The notes: a model not told the origin generated them from the letters alone. 64,000 bases of DNA from Malacoraja senta (GCA_038087875.1 CM075987.1:23066001-23130000), one strand, 5' to 3'. Positions 1 through 11,400 are shown, counted from the first letter of the stretch. Numbers and translations: made by a program.

Positions 1-487
1 AGAATGTGTCGCACTCATCTAGAACAACGCAAAACTCGAACCAGTCGGAGTTGCGAAATAGCAAACCCCGTCTGGGGAAACCCAAACGACTGGGGAAGCG
101 AAATGCAGCGACATTTCACGTAATGGGTCACAGTCACGGCAAGAAACAGTTTTAAATGAAGCAATCATAGATAGTTTAATCAACCTTTGCTTTGAAAAGA
201 TAGTAATAGGTATTTTTAAACAAAAAAATCTTTCTCTTTGCCATTTAGTCAAATCCTGAAGTTTATCTCGGAAATCTTTCACCAAACCAGCCAAAAATTG
301 TCTGAAATCACCTGCCAACATCCCACTGTCTGCAAAGGAATTTTATGACTACATCTTAAATAATTAAGAGAAGAGCCACTGTACAGTGTTATACTTCCAC
401 CTCAGCATCCTGACCACACTGTCCTGAACTGCTAGTCTCCACTCTATCCTCATCATCTGATTGATCATTAGCTTTGTCGTGAAAGGG

Positions 488-3400
488 TTAGGGTCTTTTC
501 CCCTCAGCTGCCTCTCCTGTTCTTCTCTCCCTGTCATTTCCCTCTTCATTCTGACTTTCCAACGAGACCTGGCTCAGTGGCCGCCACTGACAGGCTTGGA
601 AAGTCTCATCACCTTCTTTACCTGTGGGTTGACTGCTGGCCTTCACTTTAGAACTGCCCTCTGCCCTCACTAATGGTTTCCCTGACTCGGTACCACGTAT
701 GCTCTGGTCTACACTGCCGGTTTCCTGGCGGGTTGAGGGCGTGGAATGTACAGCGATTGGGACACGGGCGTTTGGTCCTGTGCTTTCGCATGAACGTGGC
801 GTCACAAAGGCGGAACGTTCAAACCTCGCGTCTTGCTTCGCCCTCGGCTCCTTCCTCGTCCCACTCTGATAGTTATGGTCATTCTGCTCCTGCCATGTAA
901 CGCAGGGCAGGCCCCTCGACTCGCTGGAATGGGCGATTGGACTGACCGATGACATCGGAGATGGGGAGGGTCTGCCTAGATATGTACCCTGGTCTGGTTT
1001 AGTTTTACTACCGCTTGTCCAACCTAGGTGCGAATGTGTCGCATGTGGCCTCTGCTCTGTACTACAGCCTGCATGTGACTGGCTTTCTATGGAATATCTA
1101 GCCTCACTGCTTGTAACATTAACCTTGTCTTTTGGCACTGTGTCACTGAGGAGGTCGGTCAAGAAAACACTCCATGATTTCAATTTGTTCTTCGTTTTCT
1201 CCGAAGACCTCACTTGAACAGCTTTTGCTTGAAGCTGCCCCACGCCCGGCTCTCTTGAATCAATATATTGCACACACTGTCCCTGAACCAACAGTTGAAT
1301 TGTTTTCAAATCAGGAGTTGCCCGTTTCTCCTGCAAGTTCTGGGTGATGTCACTTCCCAAGGGCTCATTAATCTCTCTGTCCAGCAGGACATCACCGTGC
1401 AAGTCAAAGCGGCTGTTACACCTCTCTTCCCTTTGACAACCCGCGCCATCAACTAGCAAATTCCCCTGATCGACCCCGGTTGTGGTTTCAGTTTGGATCG
1501 CAGTTGATGTTCCTCCTGCAACCTGTCCGTGTTCAGTCTGGTGCTCTGCACTGTGAACGGCACGAAGGTCCTGAACCAAATCCCGCCCGTCAATGCTGCC
1601 CTTGTCTTCAGCAGCACCACTCCCTGTCCCTCCACACGGATGGTCTGCTGCCACCTCCTCTTCCTCGCGACGTGGTCCATTCGCACAAGTCCCCTCAGTT
1701 TGTCGAGAGACCGAAAGCATTTTGCCACCAAGGTCTGGCACTCCCGCCGATCTGCCTTCTTCACCCTGCCCTGGAAAATCCTGCACTTCTTCCTTGGCTT
1801 TCAAGCTCTCTTCCGCTGCTCGGGCCTTTTCCGCCAGGAATCTCAGAATTTCCTGCTCGATCCCATCATCGCTGTCCCCGGAACTGCTGTCGCTTGTTGT
1901 AATGTTTTTTGGATTCTGCCCTATAGCCAGGGTGGATGGAGCAGCAGATAAGGAGACCACCGTGGACCTTCCCATTCCTGCCACCTTGCCGTGTCCATCA
2001 CCTTCCGACGTCTCCCCTCTTCTTTTGTTATTCTTACTTTTAACGTCCAAGTAGCTTCCACAAACTGCTCGGCTAGTTTTTGACAGGCAGCTCTTCAGGG
2101 GAGCATGGCTCAATGCAAAGCCTTCACCGGCGGCCTTGGGAGTTTGATCACCGAGACCACTGCTTTGCTCAGAGAACGTAAGCACCTCTGCTCCCGTAAA
2201 CCGGACTCGCTTCCTGCTCTGGTTCTTGGAGTCCCTTAATCTCTTGCCCAGTCTTTTCCTGGTTTTCAAGAGATCCTTGGTCGCAGTATCCAGATCCTCA
2301 TCGCTGTCCAACGAGCTACTTTTATCATCTGTCTGCCAAGCGTCATGAACGGGCTTGTTGTGACAGGACTGTTCGCTGGCAGCCCAGGTGATGGGCGATA
2401 ACTTGTCTGGATTACTGGTGACTGTTTTGCCGTCGTCCTGGGTGTTATATCCATCAAAAGCATCTCGTTCCAGCAAATCACCTTCAGGTTTATCCTTGAA
2501 GATGACAATGCCAGAGTTAGTCTTGGAAACAGGTGCCTCAGTGACCTTTTGCTGTCTTTCTCCCAGCTCTTCAGTTTCCAGTTTGTGATCAATGCTGACG
2601 TCATTCCCCAAGCTTTCTTTCTGCAATAACTGCACACGAGATGAAGACGAAGGAGAGAGCAAAGATGGAGGGTTGTTGAGACTATTTTCCTGCATCAGTT
2701 CTGCGGGCAAGTCTCTGCTTGGTTCGTTCACCGTTCCCACTCCATTTGATTTCTGCTTGCTGACGTTCACTTTCAGAGCCAAGTAACTTTGAATTTCTTT
2801 TTCAATGCTGTCACTGCTGTCCACAGAACTGTCTTCACTGTCGGAAAAGATGATTTGGTGCGAGCCGGCGGCTGTGCATTCACTGGGTGTCGTCCAGCAG
2901 TCCGCACGCTCTTCCCTTCCCAGTGGAGTCCGACCCGTGGTGCCATCCGCACCCGTCCGAGCGTTGACCACACCCTGCTGTCGGAACAATTCTGACGGGG
3001 TCTCCGTCCGATTTACACTTATCCCGGAATCCGCGAGTTTTCTTTCGCTTTGCTTTGCAAAGTCATCGCTCAACTGGTCGTTGGGGACAGTCTGCGAAAA
3101 GTTGAGGGAATGAGGCGTCTTTGACTCCTGAGACTTGGGCGCACACTGCTTCCGCCTCTTGCTCGGTGGTGTTGCCCGCGCTGCTTCCCTCCCCTCGCCG
3201 GCATCCAACGAAAGATCTGAACTCTTGGAGCAAGGGGAGTTACGAGGCAATACTCCGAGGGCAATGGGCACATCCCGGGCTTTCTTCTGTTCCAACTGAT
3301 AAAGTTGGATGGCTTCTTCTATGCCGTCATCACTACTGGAATCAGATAGCTCAGCCCCTGTGGTTATGGAGATAGGCTTTGCGACAGAGAGCTCAGTCTG

Positions 3401-4459
3401 CACCTTCCTCTGGATGATACTACTTTTGGAGAGATCCTTAAAGCTGGGCAATGCTGCTGGTTTCTTCTCATGGGCCAGCTTTTTAAGGCCCTTGAGATTC
3501 CTTTCATTGCTTTTCCCTGTTTTGCAGATGCTGCCAGCATCACCCAGGTGGGTGGATTTGATGCCAGTAACTTGAGGGCTGGCATTTGCTACCAAGGCTT
3601 TGACGACACGTGTTTGGCTCCCTGTCCCCGGCTTAACGTACCCCTTCTTGCTCTTCTGTCCCACCCACTTCACCAAATTATCCTTCAGTACTGGCCCTCC
3701 CTCTGACGCCACCTTGCTGCTGCGATCGCTGGATTCTTTATCCCGCTTGTCCTGCAAGAACTTTTCAATCTCCGCCTGAATGCTCTGTTCAAACGAGTCG
3801 TTGCTGCTGATGCTGGAGGGAGAGGAGCACCTGGAGTCTGCAGCTTCTGTTAGGTGAGCAGACAGAGGGTCAACGCTGACAAGGTCGGTGGGGACCACCT
3901 CTCCTCCGAGCGAGGTACCATCACTGGCATTTGGAGCACAGTCTTCCATAGCTGGATGCATCCCAGGGGGAACTAGCACGTCATGTGTGACGTTGGTTAT
4001 CGAGCAGCTCTCTTCTGTCTTCTTCTTCAAGTACTCCTGTATGGCCTCTTCTATACCTCGGTCTACAGACTCATCGCTGTCTGTGTCCAGGACGCAGTGG
4101 CTCAGGTTGGATTCCTCTGTGCCAAGCGTGAAGGTTGGATACCCGGTCTTCAGCTCCTCCACGGCCGCCCCTTTTAAAACATTGATGGCGCCGTTGTCCA
4201 GCACGCCCTCGTTCCGCCATTTTGAGACGAGATTTGTTTGAGCGGTACTGCTGGGGTCATTGTTCCTGGCACGAGACGAGTCATGGGGTTGCAGGTTTTC
4301 CACAATCATTTGTACATTTACGTTGATAGCACTTCCAACAGGAGAGAACTTCTCCCCCGGCGGGGAGAAAACCACGGGGAGGCTATAGCTCTGGGATGCT
4401 CCAAAGGGCTTCCAATCTGTCTGTACTGCAGAGACAGGTGCCAGGTTCATTAAAAACAT
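488..4459 (-). CDS. PPP1R26: Protein phosphatase 1 regulatory subunit 26 (KIAA0649), single large coding exon, about 1323 aa
   Basis: The 1356-codon ORF has its first ATG at 4459, giving MFLMNLAPVSAVQTDWKPFG...NVQMIVENLQ, which I recognise as the PPP1R26 N-terminus. It has repeated DS-rich IEEAIQEYL-type motifs and an RVxF motif (KRVRF, 2198-2212). A splice-acceptor-like TTGTTTTGCAG ends at 4517, just upstream of the ATG. Confidence 0.9.
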   Translation of the reverse strand: MFLMNLAPVSAVQTDWKPFGASQSYSLPVVFSPPGEKFSPVGSAINVNVQMIVENLQPHDSSRARNNDPSSTAQTNLVSKWRNEGVLDNGAINVLKGAAVEELKTGYPTFTLGTEESNLSHCVLDTDSDESVDRGIEEAIQEYLKKKTEESCSITNVTHDVLVPPGMHPAMEDCAPNASDGTSLGGEVVPTDLVSVDPLSAHLTEAADSRCSSPSSISSNDSFEQSIQAEIEKFLQDKRDKESSDRSSKVASEGGPVLKDNLVKWVGQKSKKGYVKPGTGSQTRVVKALVANASPQVTGIKSTHLGDAGSICKTGKSNERNLKGLKKLAHEKKPAALPSFKDLSKSSIIQRKVQTELSVAKPISITTGAELSDSSSDDGIEEAIQLYQLEQKKARDVPIALGVLPRNSPCSKSSDLSLDAGEGREAARATPPSKRRKQCAPKSQESKTPHSLNFSQTVPNDQLSDDFAKQSERKLADSGISVNRTETPSELFRQQGVVNARTGADGTTGRTPLGREERADCWTTPSECTAAGSHQIIFSDSEDSSVDSSDSIEKEIQSYLALKVNVSKQKSNGVGTVNEPSRDLPAELMQENSLNNPPSLLSPSSSSRVQLLQKESLGNDVSIDHKLETEELGERQQKVTEAPVSKTNSGIVIFKDKPEGDLLERDAFDGYNTQDDGKTVTSNPDKLSPITWAASEQSCHNKPVHDAWQTDDKSSSLDSDEDLDTATKDLLKTRKRLGKRLRDSKNQSRKRVRFTGAEVLTFSEQSSGLGDQTPKAAGEGFALSHAPLKSCLSKTSRAVCGSYLDVKSKNNKRRGETSEGDGHGKVAGMGRSTVVSLSAAPSTLAIGQNPKNITTSDSSSGDSDDGIEQEILRFLAEKARAAEESLKAKEEVQDFPGQGEEGRSAGVPDLGGKMLSVSRQTEGTCANGPRREEEEVAADHPCGGTGSGAAEDKGSIDGRDLVQDLRAVHSAEHQTEHGQVAGGTSTAIQTETTTGVDQGNLLVDGAGCQREERCNSRFDLHGDVLLDREINEPLGSDITQNLQEKRATPDLKTIQLLVQGQCVQYIDSREPGVGQLQAKAVQVRSSEKTKNKLKSWSVFLTDLLSDTVPKDKVNVTSSEARYSIESQSHAGCSTEQRPHATHSHLGWTSGSKTKPDQGTYLGRPSPSPMSSVSPIAHSSESRGLPCVTWQEQNDHNYQSGTRKEPRAKQDARFERSAFVTPRSCESTGPNARVPIAVHSTPSTRQETGSVDQSIRGTESGKPLVRAEGSSKVKASSQPTGKEGDETFQACQWRPLSQVSLESQNEEGNDRERRTGEAAEGKRP

Positions 4460-4686
4460 TATAGCAGGAAAGTGGCAGACTGGACATGTACCCCGTAGTG
4501 CTCTTCTCCTCACATCCTGCAAAACAATGCAGACCAAAAATAAGCAACACGGCTGCAAATATAAACCAATTTAGCTTAACACTTATTTGCACTGATGCTT
4601 TGTAAGAGTCGGGCAATTTAGGTAAGCTTACTTATCTTCTGCTTGGTCATTTAGGAAAGTAAACAAAAGCAAAAACAAAAGACTAA

Positions 4687-4970
4687 GGGTGACACGGTGG
4701 CATAGCGGTAGAGTTGTTGCCTTACAGCGCCAGAGACCCGGGTTTGATCCTGACTACGGGTGCTGTCTGTACGGAGTTCGTACGTTCTCCCCGTGACCTG
4801 CGTGGGTTTTCTCTGAGATCTTCGGTTTCCTCCCACACTGCAAAGACGTGCAGGTTTGTAGGTTAAATGGCTTGGTGTAAATGTAAAATGTTAATGTGCG
4901 GGGATCACGGGTCGGCGAGGACTCGGTCGGCCGAAGGGCCTGATTCCGCGCTGCATCTCTAAACTAAACT
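4687..4970 (+). mobile_element. tRNA-derived SINE (HE1/V-SINE-like)
   Basis: A-box GGTGGCATAGCGG, B-box-like GGTTTGATCC, core CTCCCCGTGACCTGCGTGGGTTTTCTC...GGTTTCCTCCCACA and CTAAA tail. About ten related copies occur in the window. Confidence 0.85.
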
Positions 4971-5749
4971 TGGTTCACTTTTACTGATGTTGGTGAGGGG
5001 TAAATGTTGGTCAGGACAACAGTGATAACTCTCCTACTCTTCTTCAAATAAAAGCCTGCAGGATCATGAGAGGAATAGATTGGGTCGATGCACAGTGTCT
5101 CTTGCGCAGAGTAGGTGAATCAAGGACCAGAGGATATAGGTATAAGGTGAAGGGGAAAAGATTTAATAGGAATTTGAGGGGTAACATTTTCATACAAAGG
5201 GTGGTGGGTGCATGAATCCATGCACATTTGGTGAACAGGCCATCTGATTTCTTAAACCCATGCACATTTAAAATGTATTACAAATGAGTTCAAATTCATC
5301 TTTGAGAAATGATATTTGGAGGCTCATAAAAAGAGGACATGCGGTTCACCCTCTCTAGCCAATTATGAAGCAATGGGCACTGATAGTCTGGCCGGATTAC
5401 AGGAGGAAGTGGGTTAAAAGGTATCTCCATCTTTGATTTGAGGCTACATTAGGATGTTGCTTCTTCATGTTAAAGGATAGTAACTGAGTTGCAGCTTGTT
5501 ATTGTTGCCCCTTGGCCAGTGCCTGGGTGATCTGGGTATGGTAGGGATATTGATGACAAGCAGTCAATTATACCAGGTACACCAGGCCATAAAGTGCAAG
5601 GGAAAGAACATATTACAACCTTAATAAATACAAGATCCATGGTATTTTGGTCAGACTTTAGCTCCAGGTTGGCAGTGCCCCAAAACTGCAGCGAGGGTCA
5701 GCACCACCTCATCCACCCCTGGTGACCCTCCAACCATCTGATTCTCTCT

Positions 5750-6420
5750 TGCAACCGGTTCCCTCGCCGGGCCCCGGTCACACGGAGCCTCCCGTTGCCG
5801 CCCTGCTCCCAGCTGCGGCCGGCAGTCGTTAAACCCGACCCCGCAGGCCCAGGCCACACCCTGGACTGCAAGGCGAGTGTAGGGTAGGGTAGGGGAGCAG
5901 AGGCTGGGGCTGGAGGAGAAAGTCCCCTCTCCTTGCTTCCCCCTCAACCGGTGCAATTGTCACAACGTTTTATTCCCTGCAAATCCAGCATGGGGGAAGG
6001 GGGTGCAAAGATAGGAGGAAGGCCGGGTGCAGCTAGGCCCGAAGCCTCGGGTGTGGAGCCGGTCGTCCGTCCGGCCAGCCAGCAGCTCGAGTCCGGCCGC
6101 CGCCGCCGCCGCCGCCAGTCCCGGATCCCCGGGGTTTGATTGACAGGCGGCGGCGGCGGCGGCGGCGCGGCCCGGATCCCCGGGGTCTGATTGACAGCCG
6201 CCAGGTCCCCGGGAAGCAGTGCGTGCGGGCGCCCCCTCACTAACCTGCTCGCACGCCGCTCCCTCGGCTACAGCGACAACAGCGCACTCGCACCGGCTGT
6301 GCACCAGGCAAAGTTCACAGGCACAGGCGAGGAGGCGGAGGGAGCAACAGGAAATAAATAAATAAATATTTTCCACCCACCCCAAACTGCTGCAAGAACA
6401 CCAGCGGGCGGAGAGGGGAG
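5750..6420. promoter_or_regulatory. GC/CpG-rich island upstream of the PPP1R26 coding exon
   Basis: Dense CpG, (GCC)n and (GGC)n runs, and two TGATTGACAG motifs. Function is unverified and it could be TE-internal sequence. Confidence 0.4.
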
Positions 6421-6554
6421 CGCAAAGTTATTATTGACATAAAGGTGTTTGCCGCAAGTTGGAACCGTCTTTGCAAACAAAAAAAAATATGGACAGTTCG
6501 TGAACACTGCTTTTTCGCAGCTTTTGCAAAAGCAAAGCACCCTTCCCTCAAAAT

Positions 6555-6916
6555 AGTTGCACGGGATTTGTGCCACAGGGTTTACATGTACATCTTCCAG
6601 TTGCACGGGATTTGTGCCACAGGGTTTACATGTACATCTTCCAGTTGCACGGGATTTGTGCCACAGGGTTTACATGTACATCTTCCAGTTGCACGGGATT
6701 TGTGCCACAGGGTTTACATGTACATCTTCCAGTTGCACGGGATTTGTGCCACAGGGTTTACATGTACATCTTCCAGTTGCACGGGATTTGTGCCACAGGG
6801 TTTACATGTACATCTTCCAGTTGCACGGGATTTGTGCCACAGGGTTTACATGTACACCTTCCAGTTGCACGGGATTTGTGCCACAGGGTTTTACATGTAC
6901 ACCTTCCAGTTGCACG
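6555..6916. repeat. 44-bp minisatellite, 8 full copies plus a partial copy
   Basis: Unit AGTTGCACGGGATTTGTGCCACAGGGTTTACATGTACATCTTCC repeated head to tail, nearly identical, with no spacers. Confidence 0.97.
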
Positions 6917-7309
6917 TCGAGATTCCGACACTCAGTTCGCACAGGAGTGATAGATAAGGTGACTGACTGTCTGTGAGCTCGGATGTGGGCAACTGTCAAG
7001 AATCACGAGTGTTTAATTATATGCAGGGGGACCAGAACAAAACTTTTTTTTTTAATTTGCTGCAGCTTTAGAGGCACGTTAAATAAATATACAAAAATAA
7101 TTATACCAGGTAAACAAATGGTGCGAGCCAAAGCAAGCAGTACCACCTTAGTAATATAAGGTCCATGATATGTTGTTGCTGAGGGAGGGTTGTGATTGTG
7201 TCTACTGTCTAGGGTGGTTCTAGAGTCTGAAGGGAAGAAGCTGTACTGGAACCTGGCAGTCACAGGTCGCGTGCTCCTGCAGCTTATTCTCGGTGATAGC
7301 AGCAAGATG

Positions 7310-8353
7310 TAGCAAATTTTACAACATTTTGAGATTTTAAAAATCAAGTCTGTAATTCATCCCATCAGATAAAGCATAAAAAGACGTTTAATTTGACACC
7401 TAATTCACTTTCATATCTTCAGTATTAAAAAAGTTATGGCCATTTTCATACTCGGAAATTAGCATCTTGTTCCCTATTGCTTTTCCATTGACTTAACACA
7501 AAAGCTGTGATCGAGGACAGTCAAAAGCCCATAACTTTCTTAAAAATTAAGAGAACTGAAAGAAATTTTCAGTTATTATAGATTGAAGCATTCTGAAACA
7601 AATATGAAACAATCTTACTTAGATGACATGAAATTAAAGCATATAATAGTTAGTTACCTAATTGTAGCTAATTACAACATTCAATTACTAGATCTAAACA
7701 TCTATCAATTTCTTAAGAATAGATTAACATTTTTAAATAGCCTAAGTGTCCAAATAACATTCACACAAGAATTCACAATATAACATAATTTTTTTATCTC
7801 ATTGTCATGGATTTACAGGCCAAATGGAAGAAATTGAATGTTTAATACCTGTAAATTAATGGGAATTTATATCATCTTGCGAATGGGGATTTCTGGAACG
7901 CGATCATTTGGAACGTTCATTTGCGGTGAATTTAACCCCGTATCGGCATGAAAAATACTGCCGTTAGTTCGGGGGAAATAATCACCGTGTCGCATGTAAA
8001 AATGTGAATTAAAGGCCTCTTAAGGAGAACGTTTATACATAAAAATAAAGCACTTTCGTTTACCTGTCCCGTGTGTGAAATCCGTCCCCGTTGTTGGCGT
8101 TGACGGGTTCAGAAGATGATTTTAAAATGATTCCAACGCTGAACTTGTCGGGAGATTTTTAAAACTAAATACTCAAAACGCCCCTCGGAACGATTCTTCC
8201 GCAAACGCTTGTACTCCAACAAAATATAATTCAGGGACAAGGGAGGAGAAACCCGCGTTTTAACCCCGCCCCCCCCTTAAAGGCGCTAAAATCGCGCACA
8301 CGGCCAGTGGCAGAATTACAGCGCGACTGAAGGCAAGTATTGTAACATACCTA
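7310..8353. mobile_element. Putative non-autonomous DNA transposon (TAG...CTA ends)
   Basis: Imperfect terminal inverted repeats (TAGCAAATTTTACAAC and TTGTAACATACCTA) flanked by the direct repeat CAAGATG at 7303-7309 and 8354-8360. Confidence 0.6.
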
Positions 8354-8918
8354 CAAGATGTGCTCATTTACTTTATTGTCACGTGTACCGAGGTACAGTG
8401 GCAGGGCTGGCAACATTGGGTGAGAGTTGAGAGTGAGAAATTGCGAGGGAGTATAGCGACCGAGGGGGGTAGGGTGTGGGAGGGGGTCCCCCCCTCCACG
8501 GTAGGGAGCTTTTGCATTTTTCAGCTTGAAATTGTGCAATCTGGTGCATACTGTAGCGAGTCTTTTAAGTTGCACTTGAATGCAACATTTATGCTTCAAA
8601 TTGGATTAGGTATGAATAAGGTTAGGCTAAATTACATTCCTAATTACATTCCACAGTAGAGCCAGGCTCTGATCAACAGGTGCAGCACATGAATGACCTT
8701 AGTATATTCATGTATGGAAATCAGATTATAATTCATGCTGTTATGCATATATATAGTGAAACAAAAACATAGAAAATAAGGCAAGAGGAGTCAGACTTCC
8801 ATCACTGTTCTGCACAAATAAATCAATCAACGTTACCCTTAGAAACAAGATGAAAATAATGCCACATATTCAACCGTATATGGTTCAATGAAATTAAGAT
8901 ATATATGTAAAATATATA

Positions 8919-9172
8919 TATGGAAACAGGCCCTTCGGCCCACCAAGAGTACACCGACCAGCAATCTATCATACACCAGTTAGTTGTATCCTACACACCA
9001 TGGACAATTTACAGAAGCCAATTAACCTACAAACCTGCACTTCTTTCGGATGTGGGAGAAACCGGAATATCCAGAGAAAACCCATGTCATAAGGAGAATA
9101 TACAAATACTGTACAGACAGCACCTGTAGTCAGGGTCAAATCTGGGTCTGTGCACGGTCCACTGTGCCACCC
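8919..9172 (-). mobile_element. HE1/V-SINE-like SINE, degenerate
   Basis: Reverse complement of the SINE core, with the GGAAACAGGCCCTTCGGCCC tail segment. Confidence 0.7.
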
Positions 9173-9267
9173 CTTTAAATTGTTTTTTCTGTAATATATT
9201 TATTATGGTGTCACGTCAATAAAGATGAACACATGATTCTGATTTCTGCCCTTAGTTGGATAGCACA

Positions 9268-10170
9268 CATAGAAAATAGGTGCAGGAGTAGGCCATTCGG
9301 CCCTTCGAGCCTGCACCGCCATTCAATGTGATCATGGCTGATCATCCAACTCAGTATCCTGTACCTGCCTTCTCTCCATACCCCCTGATCCCTTTAGGCA
9401 CAAGGGCCACATCTAACTCCCTCTAAAATATAGCCAATGAACTGGCCTCAACTACCTTCTGTGGCAGAGAATTCCACAGAATCACCACTCTCTGTGTGAA
9501 AAATGTTTTTCTCATCTCGGTCCTAAAAGACTTCCCCCTTATCCTTAAACTGTGACCCCTTGTTCTGGACTTCCCCAACATCGGGAACAATCTTCCTGCA
9601 TCTAGCCTGTCCAACCCCTTAAGAATTTTGTAAGTTTCTATAAGATCCCCCACAATCTTCTAAATTCTAGCGAGTACAAGCCGAGTTTATCCAGTCTTTC
9701 TTCATATGAAAGTCCTACCATCCCAGGAATCAGTCTGGTGAACCTTCTCTGTACTCCCTCTATGGCAAGAATGTCTTTCCTCAGATTAGGAGACCAAAAC
9801 TGTACACAATACTCCAGGTGTGGTCTCACCAAGGCCCTGTACAACTGCAGTAGAACCTCCCTGCTCCTATACTCAAATCCTTTTGCTATGAATGCTAACA
9901 TACCATTCGCTTTCTTCACTGCCTGCTGCACCTGCATGCCTACTTTCAATGACTGGTGTCATTTATCCACATTATACTGCATCTGCCATGCATTTGCCCA
10001 CTCACCCAACCTATCCAAATCACCTTGCAGCCTCCTAGCATCCTCCTCACAGCTAACACTGCCCCCCAGCTTTGTGTCATCTGCAAACCTGGAGATGTTG
10101 CATTCAATTCCCTCATCCAAATCATTAATATATATTGTAAATAGCTGGGGTCCCAGCACTGAGCCTTGCG
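9268..10170 (-). mobile_element. CR1-clade LINE, 5'-truncated RT and 3' end
   Basis: Peptides PQGSVLGPQLFTIYINDL...FADDTKL, LYRALVRPHLEYCVQFWSP and TRGHSLRI...FFTQRVV, followed by a CR1-type 3' UTR. Confidence 0.92.
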
Positions 10171-10287
10171 GTATTTGCGACATCTCCAGTCTTGGAGTTG
10201 AGTTATAGAAGTTGGAACATTATGTACAGCCTCCAGCCTTGCGACATCTCCAGTCATTGTGTTTTATGGCTGGTTTTCAACCTCTTC

Positions 10288-10417
10288 AGTCTGAAGGTCT
10301 CGACCCGAAACATCACCCATTCTTTCTCTCCAGAGATGCTGCCTGTCCCGCTGAGTTACTCCAGCTTTTAGTGTCTATTTTCAGTTTAAACCACCATCTG
10401 CAGTCCCTTCTTACACT
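10288..10417 (+). mobile_element. Penelope pLTR remnant
   Basis: Degenerate CTGAAG...GACCCGAAAC core followed by AGATGCTGCCTGTCCCGCTGAGTTACTCCAGC, a motif repeated many times in the window. Confidence 0.65.
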
Positions 10418-10924
10418 CTTTGTTAAGTGAAGCAGGTCCTATTCTCATAATATTATTCATCTCAACGAAGTCTCTTCTTCACCTCCGTTGCTGCAGAGAA
10501 TTCAATCCCAGTTATCAAATCTTTCTTCAAAGTGAAACAAAAATTCCAGCCCTGCCAATATGTTCATAAATCGCCCCTGGATCCTCTCCAGAGCAATTGC
10601 ACCCTTTCTACAGTGTGTCATAGTCTTAATGGAAACAGGCCCTTCATCCCAACTTGTCCATGCAGATCAAGATGCCCCATCTAAACTAGTCCCATTTATC
10701 TGCATTTGGCCCATATCCCTTTAAACCTTGTGTGTGCCAGTGTGTGTGTAAGGGTGTGTGTTAGGTTGTGTGTGAGAGTGTGTGTCAGTGAAGTGGCGAC
10801 AACACCCGGAGTGAGCGGAGACTTGGCGATGTCCGGGGAGTATTTCCCTCTCTCCCCCCCTCCCCGGGAATGCGGGCCGGCCCAGGTGCTCTGTGTCCAG
10901 CTGGGGTCCGGGAGTGGTGAGGGA

Positions 10925-11163
10925 CAGTGACCCGGGGGTCTGGGGGAGGTGAGGGTCGGTGACCCGGGGGTCTGGGGGAGGTGAGGGTCGGTGACCCGGG
11001 GGTCTGGGGGAGGTGAGGGTCACTGACCCGGGGGTCTGGGGGAGGTGAGGGTCGGTGACCCGGGGGTCTGGGGGAGGTGAGGGTCACTGACCCGGGGGTC
11101 TGGGGGAGGTGAGGGTCGGTGACCCGGGGGTCTGGGGGAGGTGAGGGTCACTGACCCGGGGGT
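10925..11163. repeat. 32-bp G-rich minisatellite, about 7 copies
   Basis: Unit GACCCGGGGGTCTGGGGGAGGTGAGGGTC(GGT/ACT). Confidence 0.95.
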
Positions 11164-11400
11164 CGGGCATCGGAGCGGAGCCTTAGCCCGAGATTCGTCC
11201 CCGCGGCTCCAGAGGCGGCACCGACGCCCCCACTCATCCGGTCCGCTCCTGGCTCCGGGCCGGGTTTAAAGCTCCATGCGGTGTGGACAGAGCGGCCGCC
11301 GGACACACAGAGAGCCGCCGGAGGTGAGGGTGGGAGGTGTGAGCGGTGTCTCAGGGGGGGTCGGTGCTGGGACCACCGCCGTGTCTCACCTATCACACCA
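11156..11400 (-). promoter_or_regulatory. CpG-rich candidate promoter and non-coding first exon of PPP1R26
   Basis: Unique CpG-dense stretch ending on the minus strand in a donor-like CCGG|GTCAGT. Assignment to PPP1R26 is inferred from position and strand only. Confidence 0.35.

Noticed and set aside
461..4453. Numerous plus-strand ORFs
   Set aside because: They are antisense shadows of the PPP1R26 exon with no recognisable domains.
4460..4558. N-terminal 33 residues of the 1356-aa ORF
   Set aside because: The start is non-ATG and the segment spans a splice acceptor at 4517. The recognisable protein begins at MFLMN (4459).
6555..6916. CRISPR-like regular repeat and overlapping ORFs
   Set aside because: Units are contiguous with no unique spacers, the context is vertebrate, and the ORFs simply translate the repeat.
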